64,000 nucleotides of DNA from a virus. The translations under genes and the position numbers were made by a program. This document shows, in pieces, positions 1 through 8,589 of this stretch. Location of the stretch: the IMG/VR virus record IMGVR_UViG_3300047557_002467, positions 1 through 64,000 of that record; one strand, given 5' to 3'. The notes below the pieces were generated by a model. The model was not told where the DNA came from and did no database searches. It saw only the letters and a program-made list of their open reading frames with translations. Each line of letters begins with the position of its first letter. Position 1 is the first letter of the stretch.

Positions 1-260
1 CTATAATATCCATTATTATATCCATAACCTGGTATACTAACTGGATATCCTATTATTGGTAATAATCTGATTCCATAGTCTTTAACTCTTTCAAAGAAAT
101 TATCGTGGGACAAATCAAATTCTAAACCAAGAAAATCATCTAGTGATATATGTGTAAAATCTAAATAATGATGTTCACAGCAGTCTTGGTCATGATGGCT
201 ATACAATTTGGTACCATCTTCAAATATTATTTGTTCATTAGAAATTTCTATTACTTTCAT
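1..260 (-). CDS. Hypothetical protein, 3'-truncated by window edge (MKVIEISNEQIIFEDGTKLYSHHDQDCCEHHYLDF...)
   Basis: ATG at 260-258, open frame to the window edge. Not in the ORF track; translated by hand. Carries an HxQDCCE ... GYGYNNGYYS pattern typical of small phage proteins. Confidence 0.75.
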   Translation of the reverse strand, partial: MKVIEISNEQIIFEDGTKLYSHHDQDCCEHHYLDFTHISLDDFLGLEFDLSHDNFFERVKDYGIRLLPIIGYPVSIPGYGYNNGYY

Positions 261-263
261 GAT

Positions 264-524
264 TTATTTGTTTAATTTAGAAATTAATAATCTATACCAA
301 CTTTTCTTTGATTTTTCTGTTGTATTTTTTTCTACTGTATTTTTTTCTATTGCTATTATCATTGATGGATTAATAAGTACTTCTTGCCTGTTAGCTGTCC
401 ATATAGTTAACATCTGCGCATTGTTCTCTTTAGGGTAGTACTCTAATAAGACTTTATCCCTTAGTTCAATTTGATATTGAATACCGTCTCTTAGTTTTAC
501 TATGTATTCTAATTCTTGTGTCAT
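264..524 (-). CDS. Hypothetical protein (86 aa)
   Basis: ORF track; co-oriented and tightly packed with neighbours. Confidence 0.65.
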   Translation of the reverse strand: MTQELEYIVKLRDGIQYQIELRDKVLLEYYPKENNAQMLTIWTANRQEVLINPSMIIAIEKNTVEKNTTEKSKKSWYRLLISKLNK

Positions 525-537
525 GGTTTATTTGTAT

Positions 538-825
538 TTACCAGCCTATAGGTTCTAATTCTTGTATCGTATTATAATTACCATCTTCTACATATGCAGA
601 ATTTGGTTCTAACACTCTAAGTGATTTTGGTGTTGTATCTACTTCATAACGATAGATATCATCAGCGCTACCACCGTAACTAGCATTGATCGTATTCCCA
701 TCAGCTGTTTTACCAGTGAAATAGAATGTGTATTTGTAGTAGCTTCTAAATGACATCATTACATCACCGTACATTTCAATAAATTCTTTGTATGTTAAGA
801 TTCTTGGTTGGATATTACTTTCCAT
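538..825 (-). CDS. Hypothetical protein (95 aa)
   Basis: ORF track; ATG with A-rich leader; co-oriented. Confidence 0.75.
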   Translation of the reverse strand: MESNIQPRILTYKEFIEMYGDVMMSFRSYYKYTFYFTGKTADGNTINASYGGSADDIYRYEVDTTPKSLRVLEPNSAYVEDGNYNTIQELEPIGW

Positions 826-885
826 TGTTATTTTTTGTTAATGATTAATGAACTCGTTTTTTATTTGATTGTTTAAAATAGGAAT

Positions 886-1122
886 TTACGCATTGTTGTG
901 CCAAATTAGTTTACCTTCATTTTCTCCTATTACGATAGGTTCGGATGTTTCTATCCATTCTATGTGTCTGTCTTTATTAAAACAACGACTATCTTCGTCT
1001 GAATTTTTAATGATAGATATAGCAATCTCTCTTGCTTTTTTAATTGAATCTGTATTTACTGCAATGAAATGTTGGTCAAAAATAAATCCATGATCATCTT
1101 GTTCCCAAATAAATGTTTTCAT
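886..1122 (-). CDS. Hypothetical protein (78 aa)
   Basis: ORF track; directly downstream of the promoter at 1150-1181. Confidence 0.7.
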   Translation of the reverse strand: MKTFIWEQDDHGFIFDQHFIAVNTDSIKKAREIAISIIKNSDEDSRCFNKDRHIEWIETSEPIVIGENEGKLIWHNNA

Positions 1123-1149
1123 TTTGTTTTGTTTTTGTTTCTATTATAC

Positions 1150-1181
1150 TAAAGATAAGAACTTTATTTTGGGCCTCCAAC
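1150..1181 (-). promoter_or_regulatory. Bacteroidota-type promoter GTTG-N20-TATCTTTA
   Basis: Same spacing as six other intergenic copies; resembles the Bacteroidota -33 TTG / -7 TAnnTTTG consensus. Confidence 0.7.
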
Positions 1182-1742
1182 TTTATTTTTACAATTTTTA
1201 AAATGGTGTTTTTTCATCCCAGGTACACCTCCTGTTTTACCACAGTATGGACATGTCGTAGTTCCATAACAGTGTCCTTTATGTTTGTTTGGTTTACCTT
1301 TGCGTGAAGCACTTAGTTTAGCTTTATGTTCATCTGAAAAGGGACCTCGTTTTACTCCTATTCTTGCTAATGCCATCCTCTTCTGTCTTTCCTCTGGTAT
1401 TCCTCTTTGTTTAGCAGATTCAGACATCTTACGCTTAGATTCCTCTGAATGTTTCTTTCCCGTGAAACTACTAGGTTTACCTTTTTTGGCTAGAGACATT
1501 TGTTTTTTTATTTCATCTAACTCTTCTATACTTCTATTAAGTCTCTGACCTATAATAAAAGCTGCGTAGTAATCTTTTTGTTGTAAATGTATATTGTAGT
1601 GTTCTTCTACTGTTACACATTTTAAGTTACTTAGATCGTTGTTTTTTCGATTACCGTCAATATGATGAATTTCATACGGTCTATCTTGTTCGTCGTTAGG
1701 GATGGTTCCATTAACTTGTTCCCATATTTGTCTGTAATGCAT
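1164..1742 (-). mobile_element. Free-standing HNH homing endonuclease with NUMOD3 DNA-binding repeats
   Basis: EIHHIDGNRKNNDLSNL...EEH HNH motif; GKKHSEESKRKMS and FSDEHKAKLS NUMOD3 motifs; C-terminal CPYC...HHxxxC. Confidence 0.9.
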
Positions 1743-1854
1743 CTTAAATAAGAAGGCCCTAATAAAGTGACGCTGCGACCTGTCAACTCTAAAAGGGCCA
1801 ATAAATTATTTATTGTAGATACTAGTCGCAGTAGTATACTATCTATAATAAATA
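1743..1854 (-). ncRNA. Putative cis-regulatory leader: two hairpins with complementary (kissing) loops upstream of the HNH gene
   Basis: Stems at 1807-1824/1832-1854 and 1755-1760/1794-1799, the latter with an inner TGAC/GTCA pair. Loops CTGCGAC and GTCGCAG are perfect 7-nt complements. Confidence 0.6.
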
Positions 1855-1870
1855 TTAGTAAAATACATTT

Positions 1871-2749
1871 TTAGACATTTAAAGTCTTATCCCACCCACT
1901 GATGTGTAGTCTTGTTAAACCTCTTAGCTTGTACTTTTTAGCCATTTCTAAGCTGAATTGTGTTCTTTCGTGGAAATTTTCTTGACTATCCATTCCAGGC
2001 ATTATTACTACGTTCTTCAACGGTATATTGAAAGGTTCAATAAAGTCTCTAAATATCTCCTTAATATCATCCTCTGTACTAACGACAAACTTAAACTGGT
2101 AACAGCTGTGAGTCATAATACGTTTAATCGCCTCTGGATTAATACGTTGTTTCTCAGTCATACCTGAATTAGATAATTTAGGTGAGCAGTTGATTTGATC
2201 TAGCAAACCAAATAGTTCATTATCAATATACACAGTACCATTGGTTTCAATTTCGTTAAATATATTAAAATTAGCATTATAACATGGTAACCAACTTCCT
2301 GCATCTGATAACTCATATCCAGGTAATGTTTCTGTTAGATATTTAAGAAAATTAACAATTGCTTCTTGATGTCCTTTAATTGTCGGTTCACCACCAGTCC
2401 AAATGATATGGATTGTACCGTTCTTAATATCATCGTAGATACCTTGTTCTTTCCACCTATCAATTAAATACTGAAACTCTTTATCTTCACCTCTCCATAA
2501 CCACTGACTTGTTGAATCACAAGTCCAAGTTGCTTTACCTTCTTTAACTAAATCACCTTCAAATATTTCTCCGTCCTCCAACGATTGTTCTTTAGCTAAA
2601 TTATTTGCAAACTGACGAGACATACCGCAAGTCAAATTACAAATACCTAAACGAACAAAGTAGGAAGGCACCCCAGATGAAATGCCCTCACCTTGGACAG
2701 AGTAGAAGTCTGAACTAATTAATAACTTATTTGGATCTATTTTACTCAT
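1871..2749 (-). CDS. queE: 7-carboxy-7-deazaguanine synthase (radical SAM), variant CX3CX35C cluster motif
   Basis: FYSVQGEG...FVRLGICNLTC...WTCDS, TGGEP, IETNGT, CSPKL, FKFVV and RLHI motifs; adjacent to queD. Confidence 0.88.
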   Translation of the reverse strand: MSKIDPNKLLISSDFYSVQGEGISSGVPSYFVRLGICNLTCGMSRQFANNLAKEQSLEDGEIFEGDLVKEGKATWTCDSTSQWLWRGEDKEFQYLIDRWKEQGIYDDIKNGTIHIIWTGGEPTIKGHQEAIVNFLKYLTETLPGYELSDAGSWLPCYNANFNIFNEIETNGTVYIDNELFGLLDQINCSPKLSNSGMTEKQRINPEAIKRIMTHSCYQFKFVVSTEDDIKEIFRDFIEPFNIPLKNVVIMPGMDSQENFHERTQFSLEMAKKYKLRGLTRLHISGWDKTLNV

Positions 2750-2871
2750 TTAAAAAATGTTTTAATGTAATTAAGTATAGGACTGATGTTTTGCCAATCT
2801 AATATTACTGATAATATACTGAAATGTTTTTCACCACATAATCCTAATATGTGTTCTATTTCATGTATCAT
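2746..2871 (-). CDS. Small 41-aa protein (MIHEIEHILGLCGEKHFSILSVILDWQNISPILNYIKTFFK)
   Basis: Hand-translated. Fills the queD-queE gap exactly, and its TGA overlaps the queE ATG (ATGA coupling). Confidence 0.6.
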   Translation of the reverse strand: MIHEIEHILGLCGEKHFSILSVILDWQNISPILNYIKTFFK

Positions 2872-2875
2872 AGTT

Positions 2876-3337
2876 TTATTTTATGTATGAAGCTGCGTTT
2901 TTATGATTCTCTGCTACGTCTACTCTTGTAACATAAACTCTACCTTCTGTTTCATTTGAAACAAACTGATCTACTTTTTCAAAGACGTACTTTGCAAACT
3001 GTTCAGCACCTACTGCTGGTATTACTCTTAATTGAATAATTCTCTCCTCGTGCATTAATTTAAATTGAGGTAGGAAAGGATCATCCTCAGCAACTACTGT
3101 TGTATGATCAAACATATAGTCAAACCATTCCTTTGGATTATAACCATCTATTTTACCGTTAGCTCTTTTCATTCCACCAAAGTCCCAAACCCAATTTCTG
3201 TGATCTAACTCTCCTTCAAAATATACTTTAATTTCTACATCATATCCGTGTAGATACTTGCAATGTGTACCATCTGCTTTCCACTGTCTGAACACTGTTG
3301 AAAAGCCGTCAAAGACTTTACTTGATTGGAATTTCAT
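2876..3337 (-). CDS. queD: 6-carboxytetrahydropterin synthase (T-fold QueD/PTPS family, divergent)
   Basis: HCKYLHGY, WVWDFG, FDHTT and AE motifs; adjacent to queE. Confidence 0.82.
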   Translation of the reverse strand: MKFQSSKVFDGFSTVFRQWKADGTHCKYLHGYDVEIKVYFEGELDHRNWVWDFGGMKRANGKIDGYNPKEWFDYMFDHTTVVAEDDPFLPQFKLMHEERIIQLRVIPAVGAEQFAKYVFEKVDQFVSNETEGRVYVTRVDVAENHKNAASYIK

Positions 3338-3358
3338 AAAACTAAATTTAAAACGAAC

Positions 3359-3556
3359 TTACGTAGACTTTTTTAAATGACAAAATTCTTTTTTTATTTC
3401 TTCAATTCCTTGATTATGAGGGGGATCGAAGGGACAATGCCTGCATTTACTACCACAACAGAAACCTCTTTCTAGTAGGTAAAGAGCCGTAAAAACGACT
3501 CTATTACCATCTAAATAATAATGCTTGCCTTCTTCGAATTCCTTTACAATTGGCAT
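3359..3556 (-). CDS. Small Cys-rich protein (DUF5522-like)
   Basis: VFTALYLLERGFCCGSKCRHCPF motif. Confidence 0.75.
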   Translation of the reverse strand: MPIVKEFEEGKHYYLDGNRVVFTALYLLERGFCCGSKCRHCPFDPPHNQGIEEIKKEFCHLKKST

Positions 3557-3557
3557 C

Positions 3558-5414
3558 TTAGACTATTTCACAAGCACCTCCTGCACAAGCAGCTTCACCT
3601 TTTAGGTCGGTATTGTCATTATACTCAACTACTTGAGATAGATCAATATTGTGTAGACTACCTAACTTCTCCTCATACTCTTCCTTAGTCGAATCTTCAA
3701 AAGGTGCTTGAATATAACTATGATCTGAGAATGGAAGTACCGACAAGCCATTATAAAACTTTCTATTTTCCCACATCCACTGACCTACACTTTCCCACTC
3801 ACCATCTTTAATAGATACAGTAGCTGATATGTTGTGTGTGTTGCTACCGTTTCTATGTCCAGGTTTAATCCAGTTTTGATAGAAATGTTTAACTCTTTCA
3901 AGTAGATCTAAAGCAGACTCGTGTCTTAGGATAGATCCTTCTGGTGCCTTTTGAGGTACTGAGATGACAGCTGTGTCATGTGGACGAAAGTACTCATCTT
4001 CAACAAGCTCAGGATGATGAATAGCCAAGTATGTATAGATAGCTTCATTCTTACCTACTCTTATTCTACGAATGTAGTAATCGTTATGCCAAGCATGAAT
4101 ACCACTTGAAGTACCTAAAGTAAGTGAAGAAGTGCCTGAGGGCTTAATAGTTGTACATCTAGCAGCTGCGTTGATACCTAACAACTTAGCCACTCTCTCA
4201 TTCTCTACTTTTACAATTTCTGCTGCTTGTTTGAGATCAAGTTTCTGTGCAGCTCCAGATCCAATGCCTGTCATACCTACACCAATCAAAGCATCCTTTT
4301 CAGTAGTACGTTGCCACACTGGTCTTAGGTAATGGAAGTTGGTGTAAGATGCTTGCAAAGTACCAATGAACGTTGCTGCTTTTACTCTAGCATTTAGATC
4401 ATCTTGATCTACAACATCACTAACGTTTACTTCACATAGGTTACAGAATTGAAAAGGACGAAGTGCGATTTCGCAACATGGGTTAGTACCCCAATCCTTG
4501 TCGTTGTTGAAATAAATACCGGGTTCACCAGCTCCACTAGCTTTGATCTTTTCCCAAAGACCAAAGAAAAAGTCCTCAGTTACTTTACTTCTAAGAAGTA
4601 CTGCTGAGTTATTTGCACGTCCTCGTTGAGGATGGAGCTCCCACCAAGAACCTGACTTTGCTGAAATCATCTCTTCGTCGTCAGCACTAAACAAACTAAT
4701 CAATGCTGCTCTACGAATACCACCTGCAAGTACTGCATCTGCGATGTGACAGATGATATCATGTACTTCAATTGGCTTTAACTTTTCGTTATCTTGTTTA
4801 GAATCTAAAATACCTTGTACTTTAATTAAACATTCTTTTAAAGGTTGAGGACCAGGTGCTTTACCTCCTGAAGTAATCAAAGCTGCACCTTTTGGACGAA
4901 TGTCTGAAAAATCAAACACTGGAGTAGTACCACCTTCGAAGTAAGACTTCACAAGTACTTTAACAGCATCTGCCCAACCTTCAATACTATCACCTATTAG
5001 GAATCTTCTATTCTTCTTTGGATCTGGTTTTCTGATCTCAGGTAACTTTTCAATGTGATGATACTGAACAGAGTATCCGACTCCTGTTCCTCCTAACAAA
5101 AGAAACATAGTTTCACCAAAAGCTCTCCAATCGTCTATAGGTAGATATGCACAGTTGTAAATACGGTTAGGACTAATCTCAATAGGTTTGCCTGCAAACT
5201 GCATTGAACGCATTGAAGGAAGTGCTTTTTTATCATAAACGAAACTATAAGCATTCTCAATCTCGTCAGCAAGATGAGGAAATTTTGCAAGGTGCATGTT
5301 CTTATTCCTAGTAACTAAATCATTCCAAGTTTCTCTTCTTTGTAACTCAGGAATGTACTTGCTGTACTTCATGTAGACAGTGATGTCCGATAGAATGCTC
5401 TGTGAAATGTCCAT
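3558..5414 (-). CDS. nrdJ: Class II (adenosylcobalamin-dependent) ribonucleotide reductase, monomeric RTPR type
   Basis: RRETW, YNCAY, GGIRRAALI, GTNPCCEI..FQFCNL and TTIKPSGT motifs; C-terminal redox CAGGACE. Confidence 0.93.
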   Translation of the reverse strand: MDISQSILSDITVYMKYSKYIPELQRRETWNDLVTRNKNMHLAKFPHLADEIENAYSFVYDKKALPSMRSMQFAGKPIEISPNRIYNCAYLPIDDWRAFGETMFLLLGGTGVGYSVQYHHIEKLPEIRKPDPKKNRRFLIGDSIEGWADAVKVLVKSYFEGGTTPVFDFSDIRPKGAALITSGGKAPGPQPLKECLIKVQGILDSKQDNEKLKPIEVHDIICHIADAVLAGGIRRAALISLFSADDEEMISAKSGSWWELHPQRGRANNSAVLLRSKVTEDFFFGLWEKIKASGAGEPGIYFNNDKDWGTNPCCEIALRPFQFCNLCEVNVSDVVDQDDLNARVKAATFIGTLQASYTNFHYLRPVWQRTTEKDALIGVGMTGIGSGAAQKLDLKQAAEIVKVENERVAKLLGINAAARCTTIKPSGTSSLTLGTSSGIHAWHNDYYIRRIRVGKNEAIYTYLAIHHPELVEDEYFRPHDTAVISVPQKAPEGSILRHESALDLLERVKHFYQNWIKPGHRNGSNTHNISATVSIKDGEWESVGQWMWENRKFYNGLSVLPFSDHSYIQAPFEDSTKEEYEEKLGSLHNIDLSQVVEYNDNTDLKGEAACAGGACEIV

Positions 5415-5511
5415 TTCAATTTTAAGTTTTAGTTTTTTAAAGATAGGTTATGCACCCGAAAGTGTATCTTTTTTCGGGAGAGGTTCAAAACCTGTTAATA
5501 CTTGTTACTGA

Positions 5512-5721
5512 TTATCCAGGCAATACACCCTCTTCGAAGAGCTTGCCTAAATATGTATCCGTTACCTTAGGAGGTGTAAAAAGAGGATCAGCTTCGTTTA
5601 GAGCAACTAGGTTATTGGTACCAGTTCTCTCCATGTTAAAAACGAATTCTTCATAAGTGTCCTGAACAACAGGAGGTCCAAATGCGGACTTTTTCTCTTC
5701 ATACAAGGTAAGCAAACTCAT
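5512..5721 (-). CDS. Hypothetical protein (69 aa)
   Basis: ORF track; preceded by the TATTTAT motif at 5741-5747. Confidence 0.65.
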   Translation of the reverse strand: MSLLTLYEEKKSAFGPPVVQDTYEEFVFNMERTGTNNLVALNEADPLFTPPKVTDTYLGKLFEEGVLPG

Positions 5722-5750
5722 ATTCTCGTGATTTGTGTTAATAAATAGCG

Positions 5751-7133
5751 TTATTTCGCTAATTCGAAGAATTTTTGCTGTAGATAATTTCTTTCTTCAC
5801 TACTGAAGCTAGATGGTGTGTTTGTTTTAACTACAGCATTCCCGTTCTCATTTAGACCTAACTCCTCTTCTCCCAACTCGTTAGCACTAATATCTATGTG
5901 ACCATTGTTCGTGTTTATCTTAGCAGAATAGGTCATACCGTCAGATCCATACCTATTTTTCATAATATGTATTCTACCTGTGCCGTTTACTTTATCCTGC
6001 CTTTTTCTTGATAGTGATATTGCAAAATCAGCAATCATCATCTTATTATAGGAACCAGCTGCCTTATCACCTTCGATAATATCATCTTTGGCACCTGCTC
6101 TGTTTACTTGTGATACAGTCCAAATTGGTACATTTAGTTCTCTAGCCATTCCTTTCGTGGATGTATAAACGTCATCTATCTCATCTTTCCTATCAATAGA
6201 TTTTCTTTTAGACTTTAGTAGGTCGACGTAGTCTATAATTACTAGATCAGGAGGATAACCTAAATCTCTACATTTCTGAATATGGGATTCAATATTAGCA
6301 ATGGATGCTTTACCCATTGCAAATTCCTTAATAATGAGTTTACCAGTTACTTTTCCAACAATTTCATCAATCTCACTTCTATGTTTGTGTAGATCTTGAA
6401 CTCCAATTCCTGTAAATACAGAGTCGTATCTCCTTCCTACATAAAACTCGGAAAGTTCTAAAGTATAGTGACAAACATTGAAACCCATAGACGCAGCCTT
6501 TGCTCCAATATTAACTAAGAACCAACTCTTACCTCCACCTGGATTACCAAATACTAAACCTAAATCACCTGCACCAAGTCCACCCATTAAAAGTTCGTTG
6601 AGATGCACCCACGAAGTTGGTATTGCTTTTCTTTCTTCTTCTCTGTACCTTACTTCAGTATCCTTTTCATATTCATGACCAATGTTCTTATCTTGACCAG
6701 CTTTGAGAGCTGTGTCAATTAGGTACCTAATGTCATCATATTGTCCTTTCTCTAATAAGTCTACTGAAGATAATAATGCTTTCTTCAATTGTTGATTCTT
6801 ACAAAAATTACTAAACTCTTGCTCAACATATTCTCTATCTTCATTACTAGCTTTGTAGGATTCTTTTAATTGTTCTATTACCGAGATCTTAAGAACATCG
6901 TTATCTATTTTCTTAACTTCAACTTGTAATGCATCTAAAGTTGGAGTTGCATGGTATTTGTAAAAGTATTTTAGAATTTCTTCTACTATCCATTTGTGTG
7001 CTGGATTGTCAAAATAATCCTCTTCTAGTATATCATGTATGCCTTGTAGAAACTCTCTGTGTTTAAGTAAACTTGAAAGAACCTTTATTTGAAATCCAAC
7101 ACCGTAAGCGTTAAGATGATTTAATACTGCCAT
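5751..7133 (-). CDS. Replicative DnaB/T4 gp41-like helicase
   Basis: Walker A GNPGGGKS, YTLEL, IIDYVDLL, WTVSQVNR, KNRYG. Confidence 0.92.
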   Translation of the reverse strand: MAVLNHLNAYGVGFQIKVLSSLLKHREFLQGIHDILEEDYFDNPAHKWIVEEILKYFYKYHATPTLDALQVEVKKIDNDVLKISVIEQLKESYKASNEDREYVEQEFSNFCKNQQLKKALLSSVDLLEKGQYDDIRYLIDTALKAGQDKNIGHEYEKDTEVRYREEERKAIPTSWVHLNELLMGGLGAGDLGLVFGNPGGGKSWFLVNIGAKAASMGFNVCHYTLELSEFYVGRRYDSVFTGIGVQDLHKHRSEIDEIVGKVTGKLIIKEFAMGKASIANIESHIQKCRDLGYPPDLVIIDYVDLLKSKRKSIDRKDEIDDVYTSTKGMARELNVPIWTVSQVNRAGAKDDIIEGDKAAGSYNKMMIADFAISLSRKRQDKVNGTGRIHIMKNRYGSDGMTYSAKINTNNGHIDISANELGEEELGLNENGNAVVKTNTPSSFSSEERNYLQQKFFELAK

Positions 7134-7146
7134 AACTTAATTTTCA

Positions 7147-7178
7147 ATAATGTACTAATGTTTAATTAATTTTCCAAC
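7147..7178 (-). promoter_or_regulatory. Bacteroidota-type promoter GTTG-N20-TACATTAT
   Basis: Exact N20 spacing; immediately upstream of the helicase. Confidence 0.65.
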
Positions 7179-8185
7179 TGATAGTCTTTCAATTTTGCAA
7201 AAGTTTCACTTAGCCAGATTTGTGGATTAAGTAAACTCTTACCTAACTGATCTTCATTACAAAGTTTTAAAAACGTTTGAGGATCGTAGTGAGAGTTGGG
7301 ATTAGATACCATGTAGTCTAACCTTACAATATCCTCTTCAGGAATGTTTGGTTCTCTTAGATCCATCAATTGTTTGTTAATTAGAAGCTGGTGTCTGTAG
7401 TTATAAACATCTCTATACTTGCCTGTTTTGTTTTCCGATTCTTGAATTAAATCTGTTAATGAAACTGTTTCTTCATTCTTTAATTCAGGATACAATTTTA
7501 TAAGTGTCTTTAGCGCTATACCTTTTACACCTGGAACGTTATCACCTTTATCTCCTACTATAACTTTGTGAGTTAGGAAGTTGTTTGGATGAACGCCAAA
7601 CTCCTTTACAACGGTATCAGTATAGTATATTGTTTTCTTAACAGGAGAGAAGATAGAAATATTTTCGTTAACTAATTGAAGATAGTCTTGGTCTGTTGAA
7701 AGTATTACAACCTTTTCTTTAAATTGTTTTGCAAGATATCCAATCACATCATCTGCTTCTATCTTATCTATTGCAACAAGATCAACTGGTAGGCACTTAA
7801 GATAATCTATAAGTCTAATAATCTGTTGAGTGATTGCTTCAGACTCTTCTTCTTGATTATCAAAAGCATCCCAATTTGTAATCTTAGTTATGTGTCTGTT
7901 AGCTTTGTATTCAGGATACAGATACCTTTTGTTTGTTGATCCTCCCTGTCCATCAAACACAAGTATAACACGAGTTGGTTCTATATGCCTAATTACAGAG
8001 CCAACAGACTTTAAGTAACCTGATAGACCTCCTATGTGGTTACCAGTTGGATTAATATGGTGTATTGCTGCAAAGCTTCTGAGAAAGGTGTTAAGTGAGT
8101 CTACTAATAGTACTTTACTATTCTTGTGCTGTGTTTGTTTCTCTTGATCCTCTATCTGTTTGAATATCTCCTTGTAATCTCTCAC
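7166..8185 (-). CDS. 5'-3' exonuclease / T4 RNase H-like flap endonuclease
   Basis: LVDSLN, VFDG, YPEYKANR, IEADDVIG, STDQDYLQL, GDKGDNVPGVKGI; GTG start. Confidence 0.92.
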   Translation of the reverse strand: MRDYKEIFKQIEDQEKQTQHKNSKVLLVDSLNTFLRSFAAIHHINPTGNHIGGLSGYLKSVGSVIRHIEPTRVILVFDGQGGSTNKRYLYPEYKANRHITKITNWDAFDNQEEESEAITQQIIRLIDYLKCLPVDLVAIDKIEADDVIGYLAKQFKEKVVILSTDQDYLQLVNENISIFSPVKKTIYYTDTVVKEFGVHPNNFLTHKVIVGDKGDNVPGVKGIALKTLIKLYPELKNEETVSLTDLIQESENKTGKYRDVYNYRHQLLINKQLMDLREPNIPEEDIVRLDYMVSNPNSHYDPQTFLKLCNEDQLGKSLLNPQIWLSETFAKLKDYQLEN

Positions 8186-8567
8186 GTTCTTTTTTTTGTT
8201 TTGATAAAGGATTAGCTAACCTGTCAGCTATTCTCTCACTTACTATCTTGATATCCCTTTCAGTGGGATGATAGTTATTCATTAGATGACATGGAATATC
8301 ATCCCACGAGCTAAGATAACTCTGAACATTAAACCCTCTTTTCCTACATTCATTATAAAGCTCTATGTATCTGTCTTTGAGATACCCAAGTTTATCATAA
8401 AAGAATGATACATGACCCTTACCAAGAGTAAATTCTTTAGGAGCTGTTTTAAGATTGTATCTACCTCTTGATACGACATTGGGTATTCTTTTTAACTCTC
8501 TATGCTCAGCCATCAAATGCTTATCAGTAAGCTGCTTGACAGGTATGCCAATATTAATCCTAGTCAT
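8118..8567 (-). CDS. denV: Pyrimidine-dimer DNA glycosylase (T4 endonuclease V)
   Basis: MTRIN..., LTDKHLMAEHREL.RI and FTLGKGHVSFFYDKLGYL..RY..L..E...RGF. The true start is taken as MTRIN at 8567, matching the catalytic Thr2 of T4 DenV. Confidence 0.92.
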   Translation of the reverse strand: MTRINIGIPVKQLTDKHLMAEHRELKRIPNVVSRGRYNLKTAPKEFTLGKGHVSFFYDKLGYLKDRYIELYNECRKRGFNVQSYLSSWDDIPCHLMNNYHPTERDIKIVSERIADRLANPLSKQKKERERLQGDIQTDRGSRETNTAQE

Positions 8568-8589
8568 AACTTTTATTTTAAATATACTA

